64,000 nucleotides of DNA, from positions 1 through 64,000 of IMG/VR virus record IMGVR_UViG_3300042922_000295; one strand, 5' to 3'. The translations under genes and the position numbers were made by a program. Of the stretch, positions 1-9,280 are shown one piece after another. This DNA comes from a virus. Each line of letters begins with the position of its first letter. Within the stretch, counting starts at the first letter, position 1. The notes under the pieces are model-generated. The model worked only from the letters and a program-made list of their open reading frames with translations. It was not told the origin of the DNA and did not search any database.

Positions 1-1
1 G

Positions 2-1498
2 TACAAGAACGACGCCACCTTCCACAAGCTGCGCGAGCAGATGGCGAAGGACTTCGGCTTCACCATCCAGAAGATGCCGGGTGGTGTGACTCACGTCATC
101 GCCCCCGAGCCGGAGCCGGAGGAGGAACCGACGACGACAGCCCCCGGGCCTGTCGTCGTCGGTTCGGAGCCTACGGTTCCCGAATTGGCGCCCGTCATCG
201 AGATGAACGACGACGGGGACCTGCCGCAGTATGTGTTCCCCGCTCTCGACTGGCGCTCCATCGTCCCCGAGAACAGCTTCATCCGCATGTACATGCGGCA
301 GTGCTGCATCGACGATGTCGCCGAAGAGTACCACTTCTGGAACGCAATGGTGGCAGTCGGATTCGCCCTCGGCCGCGAGGCCAGGCTGTTCGACTCTAGG
401 CCGGTGTACGGGAACCTGTTCGTCTGCACGCTCGGCACGTCCGGGTCCGGCAAGTCTAAGGCAGCGGGTTACCTTAACGACTGCGTCGACCAGGCCCTGC
501 CTCACGACTGGACCGACCCCTCGTCTCGGGGCGTTCGCCGCATCGCCACTCCCGGCTCGGCCGAGGTTCTGATCCACAGCTTCATGAAGCCGATCGCGAA
601 CACCTCAAACCCCAAGGTCATCGACTACTACGCACCAGTCAAGGGCCTGATCGACTTCAACGAGTTCTCGCAGCTCATGTCGCGTGCACAGCGCCAGGGG
701 AACGCACTCAAGCCCACCCTGATGCAGTTCTACGACATGGACCGTCTGATCACGTCAAACTCGATCACGACCGGCTCCAAGGAAGCTCACGACCCCTTCG
801 CATCCATCATCACGACGACTCAGCCCGCCGCATTCCGCAATCTCGTCGGAAAGGGTGACGACGATTCGGGATTCTTGAACCGGTGGCTATTCGTTGCCGG
901 GCCGGACAAAAAGAAGATCGCGGTCGGCGGTCAGCGCATCGACGTCTCGCCGTCGGCTCCGTACCTCAAGGCGATTTTCGCCTGGGCTGGACAGTTCCGC
1001 GATAACGAGTTCGTAGAGTGGGGTCCGGAGGCACTGGAGCTGTTCGAGAAGTTCTTCCACGAGACCCTGTATCCGCGCAAGGTGCAGGGAACCTCGGCAC
1101 TGTTCAACCGCATCGACCTTCTCATGAAGAAGGTCATTCTGCTGCTCGCGGGGAACAAGATGGAGCGCGTGGTGTCCGGCAAGACGGTCGAGGATGCCAT
1201 CAGCATCTACGACTACATCATCAAGTGCTACGAGATGCCGCAGGCCGAGCTCGGCAAGACGCTGAACTCCGAAGTCCAGGAAGCTGTGCTGTACCAGTGC
1301 CGCAAGCAGTTCGAGAAGAACCCCCAGGCTGGTGTGACGGTGTCCATCATCGCTCGCAACCTCGCCAGGAGGAACTATCCGAGGGAGATGATCGTGAAGA
1401 CGCTTGACACCCTTGTCAAGCTGGACCTTATCGAACCCGTGGTGTCCGAACCGGGCAAGCGCGGCCGACCGACAACGAGGTACCGCTATGTCGGCTGA
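2..1498 (+). CDS. Primase/helicase C-terminal part, DUF3987/YfjI-like P-loop NTPase with C-terminal winged helix (5'-truncated by window)
   Basis: Frame open from base 2; Walker A GTSGSGKS, DSGFLNRWLF motif, C-terminal GKRGRPTTRY wing. Confidence 0.75.
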   Translation, partial: YKNDATFHKLREQMAKDFGFTIQKMPGGVTHVIAPEPEPEEEPTTTAPGPVVVGSEPTVPELAPVIEMNDDGDLPQYVFPALDWRSIVPENSFIRMYMRQCCIDDVAEEYHFWNAMVAVGFALGREARLFDSRPVYGNLFVCTLGTSGSGKSKAAGYLNDCVDQALPHDWTDPSSRGVRRIATPGSAEVLIHSFMKPIANTSNPKVIDYYAPVKGLIDFNEFSQLMSRAQRQGNALKPTLMQFYDMDRLITSNSITTGSKEAHDPFASIITTTQPAAFRNLVGKGDDDSGFLNRWLFVAGPDKKKIAVGGQRIDVSPSAPYLKAIFAWAGQFRDNEFVEWGPEALELFEKFFHETLYPRKVQGTSALFNRIDLLMKKVILLLAGNKMERVVSGKTVEDAISIYDYIIKCYEMPQAELGKTLNSEVQEAVLYQCRKQFEKNPQAGVTVSIIARNLARRNYPREMIVKTLDTLVKLDLIEPVVSEPGKRGRPTTRYRYVG

Positions 1499-1856
1499 CC
1501 ACGACGTGAACCTTCTCCGGAACGCCTCGATCGAGTGGGTCGAGAACGGCCGTCTCGTTCTTCAGCTCTCCAATGGCGACAGGCTCATCCTCGCGCAGGA
1601 CGTTTACGACGAGCTGTGCGACGGCGAATACTCCAACCGGCAGCACTACAGCCGCGCCACCTACGCCAAGGGGTGCCGTGGCCCGATGTGCCGTCTCGCT
1701 GAGACACACCGGGGCCGCAAGCGCAACGCCGACCGCGCCCACGAGGGCGGGCGGGAGTACCGCGAGGGCTTCCGCACTAACGACAGGTCGGTCGAACTCG
1801 CGCCGATCATCACGTGGCACCTCGCGACCCGGGGCCGCAAGATACGCGAGTCCTAG
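1488..1856 (+). CDS. Hypothetical protein with H-x5-Y-x2-GCR-x3-C putative zinc-binding motif
   Basis: ATG overlaps upstream stop; HYSRATYAKGCRGPMC. Confidence 0.7.
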   Translation: MSADHDVNLLRNASIEWVENGRLVLQLSNGDRLILAQDVYDELCDGEYSNRQHYSRATYAKGCRGPMCRLAETHRGRKRNADRAHEGGREYREGFRTNDRSVELAPIITWHLATRGRKIRES

Positions 1857-1862
1857 AAGCAG

Positions 1863-1899
1863 AGAAACCCCCCGGCTGGAATCCAGCCGGGGGGTTTCT
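1863..1899. terminator. Bidirectional intrinsic terminator
   Basis: Perfect 18-bp inverted repeat AGAAACCCCCCGGCTGGA-A-TCCAGCCGGGGGGTTTCT between convergent genes. Confidence 0.9.
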
Positions 1900-1906
1900 T
1901 GTGCCC

Positions 1907-2650
1907 TTATTGCAAGGCGCCTCGTTGGATCGGCGGTAGGTCGCCGGACAGGTTTCCAGTCGCATAGTCGTACGCGACGTCAGCGATGTGCCCGATGAGC
2001 GACCCGTCGAACTCGTCGCCGCAGATACACCCGGGCTCCGTCTGCGAGATGGGGCCGTGGTGCTCCTCGACTAGCGCCACGACCTGCTCGGGAGGGCGCC
2101 GTGCCCACATGTGACCCTCGAAGATGAGGGACCCATCCTTGTCGTGGTTGAACTCCACCTCAACGCGGGGCACCTCGCCCACGGCATGCGTGAAGGTGAC
2201 GAAATGCACACCGTCGAGCGAGGTGCCGTTGACCACGACCTCTGTAGTGGAGGGCGAGATGTTCTGCACCTTCACCATGCCAGACTTCGGAATGCGGGAC
2301 TTGACGTTGGTGCGCTCGGCCTGCGTGGTGTACTTCTTGGCGCTGCACTTGGGGCAGTAGTAGCGCGTGACAACATTGCCCTCGATCTCGTCTGGAAGCC
2401 AGGCGTGTTCGCACGACCCAGAGGTGGGAGCTCCGCCCACAACCTCCAGAGGCCCGTTTCCCAGGGAGTCCTTGAAGACCTGTGGCGGCTCAGTGCCCAC
2501 CTCCCACCACAGGTCGGAGTTGCAGATGAAGCAGTTGACGAGATACCGACCTTTGGTGTGACCCAGATCAGTTCGTACGTGACCCCACTGGTGCCTGTCG
2601 TCGCGACAGCAGGCGACAGTGCGGTCGAAGTCCCAGCTCAGCTGACCCAC
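1907..2650 (-). CDS. Hypothetical protein (CxxC pairs)
   Basis: GTG start with AGGAGA upstream, overlaps upstream gene; phage-like codon usage. Confidence 0.65.
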   Translation of the reverse strand: MGQLSWDFDRTVACCRDDRHQWGHVRTDLGHTKGRYLVNCFICNSDLWWEVGTEPPQVFKDSLGNGPLEVVGGAPTSGSCEHAWLPDEIEGNVVTRYYCPKCSAKKYTTQAERTNVKSRIPKSGMVKVQNISPSTTEVVVNGTSLDGVHFVTFTHAVGEVPRVEVEFNHDKDGSLIFEGHMWARRPPEQVVALVEEHHGPISQTEPGCICGDEFDGSLIGHIADVAYDYATGNLSGDLPPIQRGALQ

Positions 2651-3330
2651 CTCCAGTTCTCCTTGCCAGCCTTGAAGCCGCCGCACACCTGGCATTGCGT
2701 GCCCGTGATGCTCCCCACCATGGCGCGTGCCGTTCGCGTGTGCGAGCAGGCGTCGACCTCTTCCTTGGTGTACTGACGCTTCTCGTTGCACCCGTGGCAG
2801 ATCTTCCAGCCGCGCCGCATGTGGTGGTGCTCCCACTCGTGCTCGTGCGGCTGCTCCTCCAACACGGCCTCAAGCAGGACTGCCGCGCCGTCGAGCCACA
2901 TGATGCGAGTGTGCCCGCCGTGCCCGTGGACCTTCAGCGCGTCGTCGGCGGATGCGTACGTGATGGTGGAGGCCGTGTCCCCACGCCAGCGGAGCGTCAC
3001 GGTGCCGTCAGTAAACTGCACCCCGTCCGCGATGACGCCGGTGCCCGAGACGCCTGTAACGTCGTGAGAGCGGATGAGGACGAACTTGCGGAACCCCTTG
3101 GTCGGCGCACCCTCGCGCTCATCGTGCGGCTCCAGGCCGGGGCCGAACACCGCGACCTCCATCTGCACGAGGGTGATCGCGTCCATGAGTGCGCAGAGCG
3201 CCGGGTGGGTCTCCTGGAGAGACTTCCCGGCGCGCTGCTTGGGGTGGACCGACTCGTTGGCTTCCTGCATGGCCTTGGTGAACGCCGCTGAGAGCTGGTT
3301 CGCAGCAGCCTGGATGACACGGAGGTCCAT
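2638..3330 (-). CDS. Hypothetical protein
   Basis: 230-aa ORF coupled to neighbours; central FVLIRSHDVTGVSGTGVIADGVQFTDG segment looks like a compact domain. Confidence 0.8.
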   Translation of the reverse strand: MDLRVIQAAANQLSAAFTKAMQEANESVHPKQRAGKSLQETHPALCALMDAITLVQMEVAVFGPGLEPHDEREGAPTKGFRKFVLIRSHDVTGVSGTGVIADGVQFTDGTVTLRWRGDTASTITYASADDALKVHGHGGHTRIMWLDGAAVLLEAVLEEQPHEHEWEHHHMRRGWKICHGCNEKRQYTKEEVDACSHTRTARAMVGSITGTQCQVCGGFKAGKENWRWVS

Positions 3331-3581
3331 CAGTCGACCTCCGGCTTGGTGGGCTCTTCGGTGGCATCGAGCAAGGCCTCGCCGACCATCCGGAGAACCT
3401 TGTTCCCCAGGTCTCGGGCGAGCACCGGGTTCTCGGCCTGTATCGACTCGGCGTAGGCGATGATCGCGTTGACGGCGTGAGGGTCGTGCTTGGGGTCCAA
3501 GACGAACACCCAGCAGTTGTCGTGCTTGCCCTCCGGGTCGTTGATCTTCTTGACCTCGTAGCGTGCTTCCAGGCCCTTCAC
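3330..3581 (-). CDS. Hypothetical protein
   Basis: Coupled 83-aa ORF; FVLDPKHDPHA motif. Confidence 0.8.
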   Translation of the reverse strand: MKGLEARYEVKKINDPEGKHDNCWVFVLDPKHDPHAVNAIIAYAESIQAENPVLARDLGNKVLRMVGEALLDATEEPTKPEVD

Positions 3582-3808
3582 GATACCTCCTTGTAGGGGA
3601 CGAGCAGTGCGGCCAGGGCGCAGATTGCGCTGGCGATGAGGGGGAGCAGGGCGACGGGGGTCAGGTTGCCGCTGATGATGACGAACCAGACGAACCCCGC
3701 CAGGGCGCCGATGCTGGCGCTGAAAAGGAGCTTCGCACCGTAGCGCATCTCGTACCGACGCGGCGGGGCGGGCTTCTTGGCGATCACTGTTGCGTGTCTA
3801 CCTTTCAT
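3578..3808 (-). CDS. Small two-TM membrane protein
   Basis: Two hydrophobic segments; 4-bp overlap. Confidence 0.7.
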   Translation of the reverse strand: MKGRHATVIAKKPAPPRRYEMRYGAKLLFSASIGALAGFVWFVIISGNLTPVALLPLIASAICALAALLVPYKEVS

Positions 3809-3810
3809 CG

Positions 3811-4005
3811 TTACTCGTCGTGGAACGTGGGCGTTGCGCGAGCAACCCGGCAGAACCAGTAGGTCTCGTATCGCTTGTACACGTCACTGTACGTGACGTG
3901 CATCCAGGAGGGTGTGCCGTCTCCGCGCTTGAGGAAGCGCAGCGCCTGGCCGCAGAGCTTGCAGGTGTCCTTCTTGACCGGGGTCTCGGGGGTCTCTTCG
4001 CTCAT
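3811..4005 (-). CDS. Small Cys-containing hypothetical protein
   Basis: MSEETPETP start overlapping upstream stop; CKLC...WMH...WFC resembles neighbour 4002-4208. Confidence 0.65.
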   Translation of the reverse strand: MSEETPETPVKKDTCKLCGQALRFLKRGDGTPSWMHVTYSDVYKRYETYWFCRVARATPTFHDE

Positions 4006-4208
4006 GGGATCGGGGTCACCTTCTTCGTCGGCATGGGCTCCGGAAGGCGCCTCTTGCGCTCGCCCGGCTCGGCTGTGGTGCGGTGGCAGAACCAGTGGTC
4101 GTTGTGAGAACCGGCGCCGGGGGTGTAGTGAACCCACTTCTCCCCGAGGGCGAAGCGCACCTTCTTGATCGCCTTACCGCAGTGCTTGCAGGACTTGGGC
4201 TGGGCCAT
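4002..4208 (-). CDS. Small Cys-containing hypothetical protein
   Basis: AGGAG RBS; CKHC...WVH...WFC. Confidence 0.7.
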   Translation of the reverse strand: MAQPKSCKHCGKAIKKVRFALGEKWVHYTPGAGSHNDHWFCHRTTAEPGERKRRLPEPMPTKKVTPIP

Positions 4209-4216
4209 GAGGTCTC

Positions 4217-4744
4217 CTAGAAGGGGAGGTCGTCGTCGGTGTCGGCCGAACGCTCGGCTGCTGTCGTGTACTGCGCGGGCTTCGAGTCGTACAGGAGCGT
4301 GGTGATGCCTGTTGCGTCCTTCGTGGCCGTTAGCGGCTGAAAGTCGACGCCGGGACCCGCGAGGTCCAGCGTGGGCGTCGCGTCAGGCGGGGGATTCTCG
4401 GGCAGACTGCCTTCGTGGAAGTATGACGTGTCGCCTAGATCTTGTGCGCCGGGCCGGATGATCCACATGCCCTGCGAAGGGTCCCACAGGTGGTAGGAGT
4501 GCTTCGGGCAGGCGGGGTTGTAGGCGAGGTAGTACTCGATCATCCCGCCCCCGTGGTCCTCCGACTCCTGCGAGCAGGCGCACTCAACCTTGTCCCGCGT
4601 GGGGAGGATCATCTGCAGAGCAGCCGCGACCAGATGATTGCGGTCCTCGGTGGCGAGGCATGTACCGTACTTGTCGAGCATGTAGCGGTCGAGTTCTTCG
4701 GCAAGGTCCTTCATCAGGACATCGTCGTACTTGATCTCACTCAT
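4217..4744 (-). CDS. Hypothetical protein ending in SSB-like acidic tail DDDLPF
   Basis: ATGA overlap, GGAGG RBS, C-terminus DTDDDLPF. Confidence 0.75.
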   Translation of the reverse strand: MSEIKYDDVLMKDLAEELDRYMLDKYGTCLATEDRNHLVAAALQMILPTRDKVECACSQESEDHGGGMIEYYLAYNPACPKHSYHLWDPSQGMWIIRPGAQDLGDTSYFHEGSLPENPPPDATPTLDLAGPGVDFQPLTATKDATGITTLLYDSKPAQYTTAAERSADTDDDLPF

Positions 4745-5148
4745 CGCAGCACGCACCTCCTGTGGGGGCTCACGTGGTGGTTGTGAGTCGGGCAGCACGC
4801 CTTGTCAGTGTGGTCGTGCCACACCACCTTCTCGGAGTCGAGCAGGGCGAGGGCCATGTCGAAGAACGTCGCGACGAACGATGTCGGGTACTTCGAGAGG
4901 TTGTGGTCGGGCTCTGCCTTGCCGTACGACTCGAGCAGCACACCCGCCATCCGCCACGCCTGCGTGCGCTCTTCGGTGGTATTCGAGAGCGTCTCGGTCT
5001 GCATGCGCTGGCCGACAATCTCTGCCTCGGTGCGCCCGTCGAACTCGATGCAGTAGCATCCGCGCTTGGTGCACGACTCGTTGAAGTGCGAGTGCTGGAA
5101 GCGCGTGTGGGTGCAGCGGCGGCACTTGACGTCCTGCTTGTGCGTCAC
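4741..5148 (-). CDS. Hypothetical Cys/His-rich protein
   Basis: Coupled ORF; terminal CCPTHNHHVSPHRRCVLR. Confidence 0.75.
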   Translation of the reverse strand: MTHKQDVKCRRCTHTRFQHSHFNESCTKRGCYCIEFDGRTEAEIVGQRMQTETLSNTTEERTQAWRMAGVLLESYGKAEPDHNLSKYPTSFVATFFDMALALLDSEKVVWHDHTDKACCPTHNHHVSPHRRCVLR

Positions 5149-5807
5149 TTGAACGAGTCCTTTTCGACCTGGTGCAGCGTCTCGTTGAACTCGGCGACGG
5201 CCTCCTCGGAGGCCGGAGCGTACACCGCCAGCACCTGGTCGGCCGTCTCGATGATGGACTCCTGCACCCGAGCAGCAAGCTCGACGTACCCGTCGTCACC
5301 CTCTGTGGCGAGGACGTCGAACGTCACCTGCTCGCCAGCAGTCATCCCCTCGACCGCGATGGTACCCGCCACCGTCGTCGCGCTCCGCTGCGCCAGCGCG
5401 GCGAACTCGGCCTGCGCAGCGGTGCGGCAGGCGCGCCGATCCGACCATCCGGCGTTGACCCAGCTCGCCATTCCGGGCGTCCAGAAGTCGCGCTCGTAAA
5501 TCTCCTGCGCCCGCTCGTTCAGAACGTCCGGGTCGATGTCCAGCTTTCCTGCCACCGTGAACTCCTCGCTATCGGATGCGACTTTCCTCTTGACACCCCA
5601 AGGCTTATCGGCGTCGAGCCGCTGCAGTAGGGCTGCCACTACATCGCCCGCCGTTACCGGCACCTTGCGGTGCGACCCTTCGACAGACGGGTCGTCGACC
5701 CAGGCGACTACTGTGGTGCACTCGCTCGCGGCGTCGTAGAGGTGCTTCATGAGCTCAGAGCCTATCACTCCGCGCCCATGGAACCTAGCCCCCGGCGCTA
5801 TCGGCAT
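5145..5807 (-). CDS. Hypothetical protein, first gene of leftward block (start uncertain)
   Basis: 220-aa ORF with 4-bp overlap to next gene. Confidence 0.65.
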   Translation of the reverse strand: MPIAPGARFHGRGVIGSELMKHLYDAASECTTVVAWVDDPSVEGSHRKVPVTAGDVVAALLQRLDADKPWGVKRKVASDSEEFTVAGKLDIDPDVLNERAQEIYERDFWTPGMASWVNAGWSDRRACRTAAQAEFAALAQRSATTVAGTIAVEGMTAGEQVTFDVLATEGDDGYVELAARVQESIIETADQVLAVYAPASEEAVAEFNETLHQVEKDSFK

Positions 5808-5835
5808 CCCTCAGGCACTCACGACAGAGGTTTAC

Positions 5836-6325
5836 TGCAACGGCCGCTGCACTAAATGCTGTGAACCCGAACAAACGTCCCTCTCCAGGTTTTCCGCAAC
5901 GGCGTTGCACATAATGAGAGTGGGCGTCTAGACCCGAATCATGTACGTAAACGGACATCGTCTACGAAGTCGTGACATCTAGGGACGACCTGTACGGGGG
6001 TTCATGTTGCAGCAACAGATAGTGCAACACCCTCTGTTGCAGATGAAAAACGGCCCCTGACCTGCGGAAACACCATTTAGTGCAACAACTGCAACGCCCC
6101 CCCCTTACAAGCCCCCCCACACCCCACATCCCCAGCGACTGACGCTACCCGGAGCGCGGCCATGGGACGACCGTTGCAAGAATTCCCTGTTGCACTAAAT
6201 CTGGGGGGTCCCCAGCCCGGGGCTCAGGACCGTGTCCCTCCTACTACTACTACTACTACTACTATATATACAGTAAATAGGTTATAGGGGTATAACCCCT
6301 AGTCAGAGGGTGTTTTTTTAGTGCA
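5836..6325. repeat. Candidate replication origin: TGCAAC/GTTGCA and TGCACTAAAT repeats plus (CTA)8-TATATA tract
   Basis: TGCACTAAA(T) at 5848, 6075(rc), 6191, 6317(rc); TGCAAC/GTTGCA at 5836, 5904, 6006, 6023, 6036, 6081, 6090, 6173, 6189; (CTA)8 at 6241-6264. Confidence 0.55.
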
Positions 6326-6524
6326 TCACTTCCTGCTACGAACGTGTAACTGTGCGACAGTCGTTTTCAACTAATATTCTCGTCCTTGGGTGCGAAAGAG
6401 AGCAATGTCAGCGGGGTTGTGCGTAAGAATCATCGTTCTTAAGGGTAATCAGAAGACTTTTCCAAAGTTTTATGCGCGTCGAACGGGGCAAGAGAGCGCC
6501 GGGCAAAGGCGGGGTCTGGATTTT

Positions 6525-7286
6525 ATTGCCGGGGGCAACAGTGTGCATTCCGTCGGGATAATTGCCGACGGCAACTATGTCGCCTTTGTTGCGCTAGGCA
6601 ATCATCAGAATGCGTTAGCGCAATGGGTCCGATAGTGCACACTATCGGCGCACCTCATTGTCATTGTTTGCATTCTCATTGTTTCGCGTGCATTAGGCGC
6701 CGACTATGGCGACGATTGCCTCACGCAACAGTCGTATCTATGCATTCATTGAACGTGCGCGTATTAGGTCCGGTAATGAGGCGAATCGAAATACGCGCAT
6801 CGATTGGCGCCTCACCCAATTCACAATGCACACCACGTATAGCACTGTTTCATCAGGCAACTACACACCCATTCCCACAGACGTTTCATCAGGCAACTAT
6901 GTACATTCACCATTCTGTTTAGGAAAGGCTAATGGTGCACACATAACAGACCATTGCCCATGACAACTGTCTATGCACTATGCACATGCACCATTCATGG
7001 TTACCCTACGCAACTACACTGTTGCATCAGGCAACTACCCTACGGGTGCATACCTATGCACACCATGCATACCTATGTGTGCCTCACGCAACAGTATGCA
7101 ACGCGTTGACTAGGCAATTCGCGTGTAACGGCCGAACAGACCTCACCCTAGGTAATGACACCCGGGACGCATGTACGGGCGCCTACGGGGCGCCTAGGCA
7201 CGTCTACGCGTGTCCTATGGGTGCGACTACGCCTAGCGCTACGCATGCATATGCATCCCACTAGATCGACTGTTGCCTAGGGCAAC
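6525..7286. repeat. Left cluster of 15-bp palindrome RTTGCC-N3-GGCAAC (11 degenerate copies)
   Basis: Copies start at 6525, 6561, 6588, 6715, 6847, 6883, 6953, 7000, 7021, 7078, 7272. Confidence 0.85.
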
Positions 7287-7342
7287 GGCTAGCGCTAGGT
7301 CACGACCGTTACCAAACCGTTATCGGAAAGAACGGTTTCGAC

Positions 7343-7371
7343 TAGACACCACCTAGCGCTAGGCGTATGGT
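7343..7371 (+). promoter_or_regulatory. SigA-type promoter for a leaderless transcript, TAGCGCTA palindrome in the spacer
   Basis: TAGACA-17 bp-TATGGT, then 6 nt to ATG 7378 with no SD. Confidence 0.7.
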
Positions 7372-7377
7372 TGGGGC

Positions 7378-7848
7378 ATGACAACGAACCGGAACACCCG
7401 CCCCGCGCCCGACGCGGCGCCCGCGCCCCGCGTGCGACTCGCTACGGTCGCGACGGGCGCGCACGTCTACTACGCCACCGACGCAATCGACCACGTCGTG
7501 ACCGGGACCGTCGGCGACTCGTTCGGCATGGCCGAATTGGGCAACCGTGGTATCCGCATCCACGGTTGCGCATGCGGGACGACTCACAACGTGACCCGCT
7601 ACGCAATGGTCGTCGTCATCGACCCGTCGCCCGCGACGGTTGTCCCGGACACCCGTACGCGACGAGTCGCCTACACCATCGCGGACGTTGTTTCGTGGAT
7701 CAACAATGACGACGCGGACAATGACTATGCGGGACCGGGCGCGGCGCCCGCACCTAGCGCTACGTGCGAACACATGACGACCGTTTGCGACTCATGCGTT
7801 GACGAATGGTGCACCGACTACGCGATCACGTACATGCCGCACGCATAG
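7378..7848 (+). CDS. Hypothetical protein with C-terminal TCEH-x4-C-x2-C module
   Basis: Promoter directly upstream; module shared with 9281-9553. Confidence 0.75.
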   Translation: MTTNRNTRPAPDAAPAPRVRLATVATGAHVYYATDAIDHVVTGTVGDSFGMAELGNRGIRIHGCACGTTHNVTRYAMVVVIDPSPATVVPDTRTRRVAYTIADVVSWINNDDADNDYAGPGAAPAPSATCEHMTTVCDSCVDEWCTDYAITYMPHA

Positions 7849-7961
7849 TTCACCCGCTAGCACCTAGCGCTAGGGTGGCACATAGGCTAGACTGGTCTAT
7901 GTACCGCCCGGGAACTAGGTCCCTAGTCACCCCACCGACCCCACATAGGGAGATGTTTCAA

Positions 7962-8624
7962 ATGGCACGCACGAACACCCGCACCGCGCCCGCTACGTCC
8001 GCCAAGTCGTCCGCCACGGTCGACCCGTGGGACGCCGCCGTGGACGCCTACCACGCCGCGTCGGGCGCCGAAAAGTCCCGCGTGCGTCGGGACGCCGACG
8101 CGTCGATGCGCGCCGCGCTCATCGCCGGTGACGCGTCGGGCGCCATGGCGTGGTTGGCCGCTACCGAAAAGATGGTGGCCAGCCGCCCGACGGCCGACGC
8201 GCCCGACTACGTCGACATCGTCGCCCGTCGCATCGTGACCCTTCGGGGCGCGGCCGAATCGATCCTCAACGGGTCGACCCGTCCGGCCGGTATCCCGGAC
8301 GACGTCGACCTGTCCGCCGTCGCGGCACGCGTCGCCACGATGTCCTACGACGACGTGTCGGCCGACGACATGTCCGCCGTCGCGTCCGCAAAGGTGGCGC
8401 GGTCGGCCGTCCGACGCGACATCGCGGACGTCGTGCGCCGTGCGTTCGACGTCACCGGAAAGAACCGGTTGACGGTCGCGGCCATCGCGCGGCACGGTGC
8501 CACCGACGACTACACGCCTTCGGGCGGTGCGGTCGCGGCGCGCATGTTCGGTGGTCGCGGTGTCGACGGATTCACCGCCCACGAGGCGACGGCCGACGCG
8601 CCCCGCACGATCACCCGCGACTAG
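7962..8624 (+). CDS. Putative DNA-binding protein (C-terminal winged-helix-like domain)
   Basis: GGGAG RBS; C-terminus aligns by eye with that of 14160-15122; followed by terminator. Confidence 0.75.
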   Translation: MARTNTRTAPATSAKSSATVDPWDAAVDAYHAASGAEKSRVRRDADASMRAALIAGDASGAMAWLAATEKMVASRPTADAPDYVDIVARRIVTLRGAAESILNGSTRPAGIPDDVDLSAVAARVATMSYDDVSADDMSAVASAKVARSAVRRDIADVVRRAFDVTGKNRLTVAAIARHGATDDYTPSGGAVAARMFGGRGVDGFTAHEATADAPRTITRD

Positions 8625-8637
8625 TCACTAGTCGCCC

Positions 8638-8675
8638 AAAAGGCGCCCGTCCCCTAATCGGGACGGGCGCCTTTT
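8638..8675. terminator. Intrinsic terminator (bidirectional)
   Basis: AAAAGGCGCCCGTCCC-loop-GGGACGGGCGCCTTTT. Confidence 0.9.
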
Positions 8676-8689
8676 CGTGTCCCTAGATA

Positions 8690-8976
8690 GTTGCCCCGGG
8701 CGACAGTCGCCTAGCGCAACTACGAGCTACGCGGACGGTTGCCAGGGGCAACTATCCCGGTTGCGTCGGGCGACTGTTGCCTAGGGCAACGAACGCGTGT
8801 GTGCCGTTCTGACGGCCGTACACGCGTCGACCCTACCCACCTACCCACCTAGCGCTACGCGCCCCGTACGCGGGCGCCTAGGCACGTCTACGGCGAGATT
8901 GTGCCTAGGCGCCCCGCGCCCGTAGCGGTCGGGCGACTATGCGCCGACTACCGGCACGACTGTTGCCTAGGTCAAC
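8690..8976. repeat. Right cluster of 15-bp palindrome GTTGCC-N3-GGCAAC (6 degenerate copies)
   Basis: Copies start at 8690, 8706, 8738, 8760, 8776, 8962. Confidence 0.85.
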
Positions 8977-9214
8977 CAACGCGTGTGCGCCCCGTAGGCG
9001 CCCGACTAGGCGCCCCGGGTCACCTAGTACCCACCTAGCGCTAGTCGCGTCCCTACGGGGCGCCTAGACACGTCTCACGCGTAGTCGCGCCCCGTGCGCT
9101 AGTCGCCCGCTAGTCGACCGCCCGCGCCCCGCCCGTAGTCACCCGCGCCCCGTGCCACGGGCGCCCCGCGCCGACGATCCTTCGGGCGCATCGGCACCCG
9201 TGCGCGTAGTCACC

Positions 9215-9262
9215 AAAAAGGGCGCCCCACACACGAAGTGACATCTCGTGTGTGGGGCGCCC
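9215..9262 (-). terminator. Intrinsic terminator for 9281-9553
   Basis: 17-bp stem GGGCGCCCCACACACGA/TCGTGTGTGGGGCGCCC with T-run on minus strand. Confidence 0.85.
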
Positions 9263-9280
9263 GTGCGCGCTAGTTATGCG

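Noticed and set aside
6390-7264. Short ORFs in the AT-richer repeat region
   Set aside because: No GC3 bias or RBS, and the translations simply reflect the DNA repeats.
7272-7286. Resemblance of GTTGCC-N3-GGCAAC to the eukaryotic RFX X-box
   Set aside because: No RFX homologue can be shown from sequence alone; treated as coincidence unless structure prediction links a phage winged helix to RFX.
6525-9100. CRISPR array interpretation of the repeats
   Set aside because: Repeats are 15 bp, degenerate and irregularly spaced, with no constant-length spacers or cas operon.
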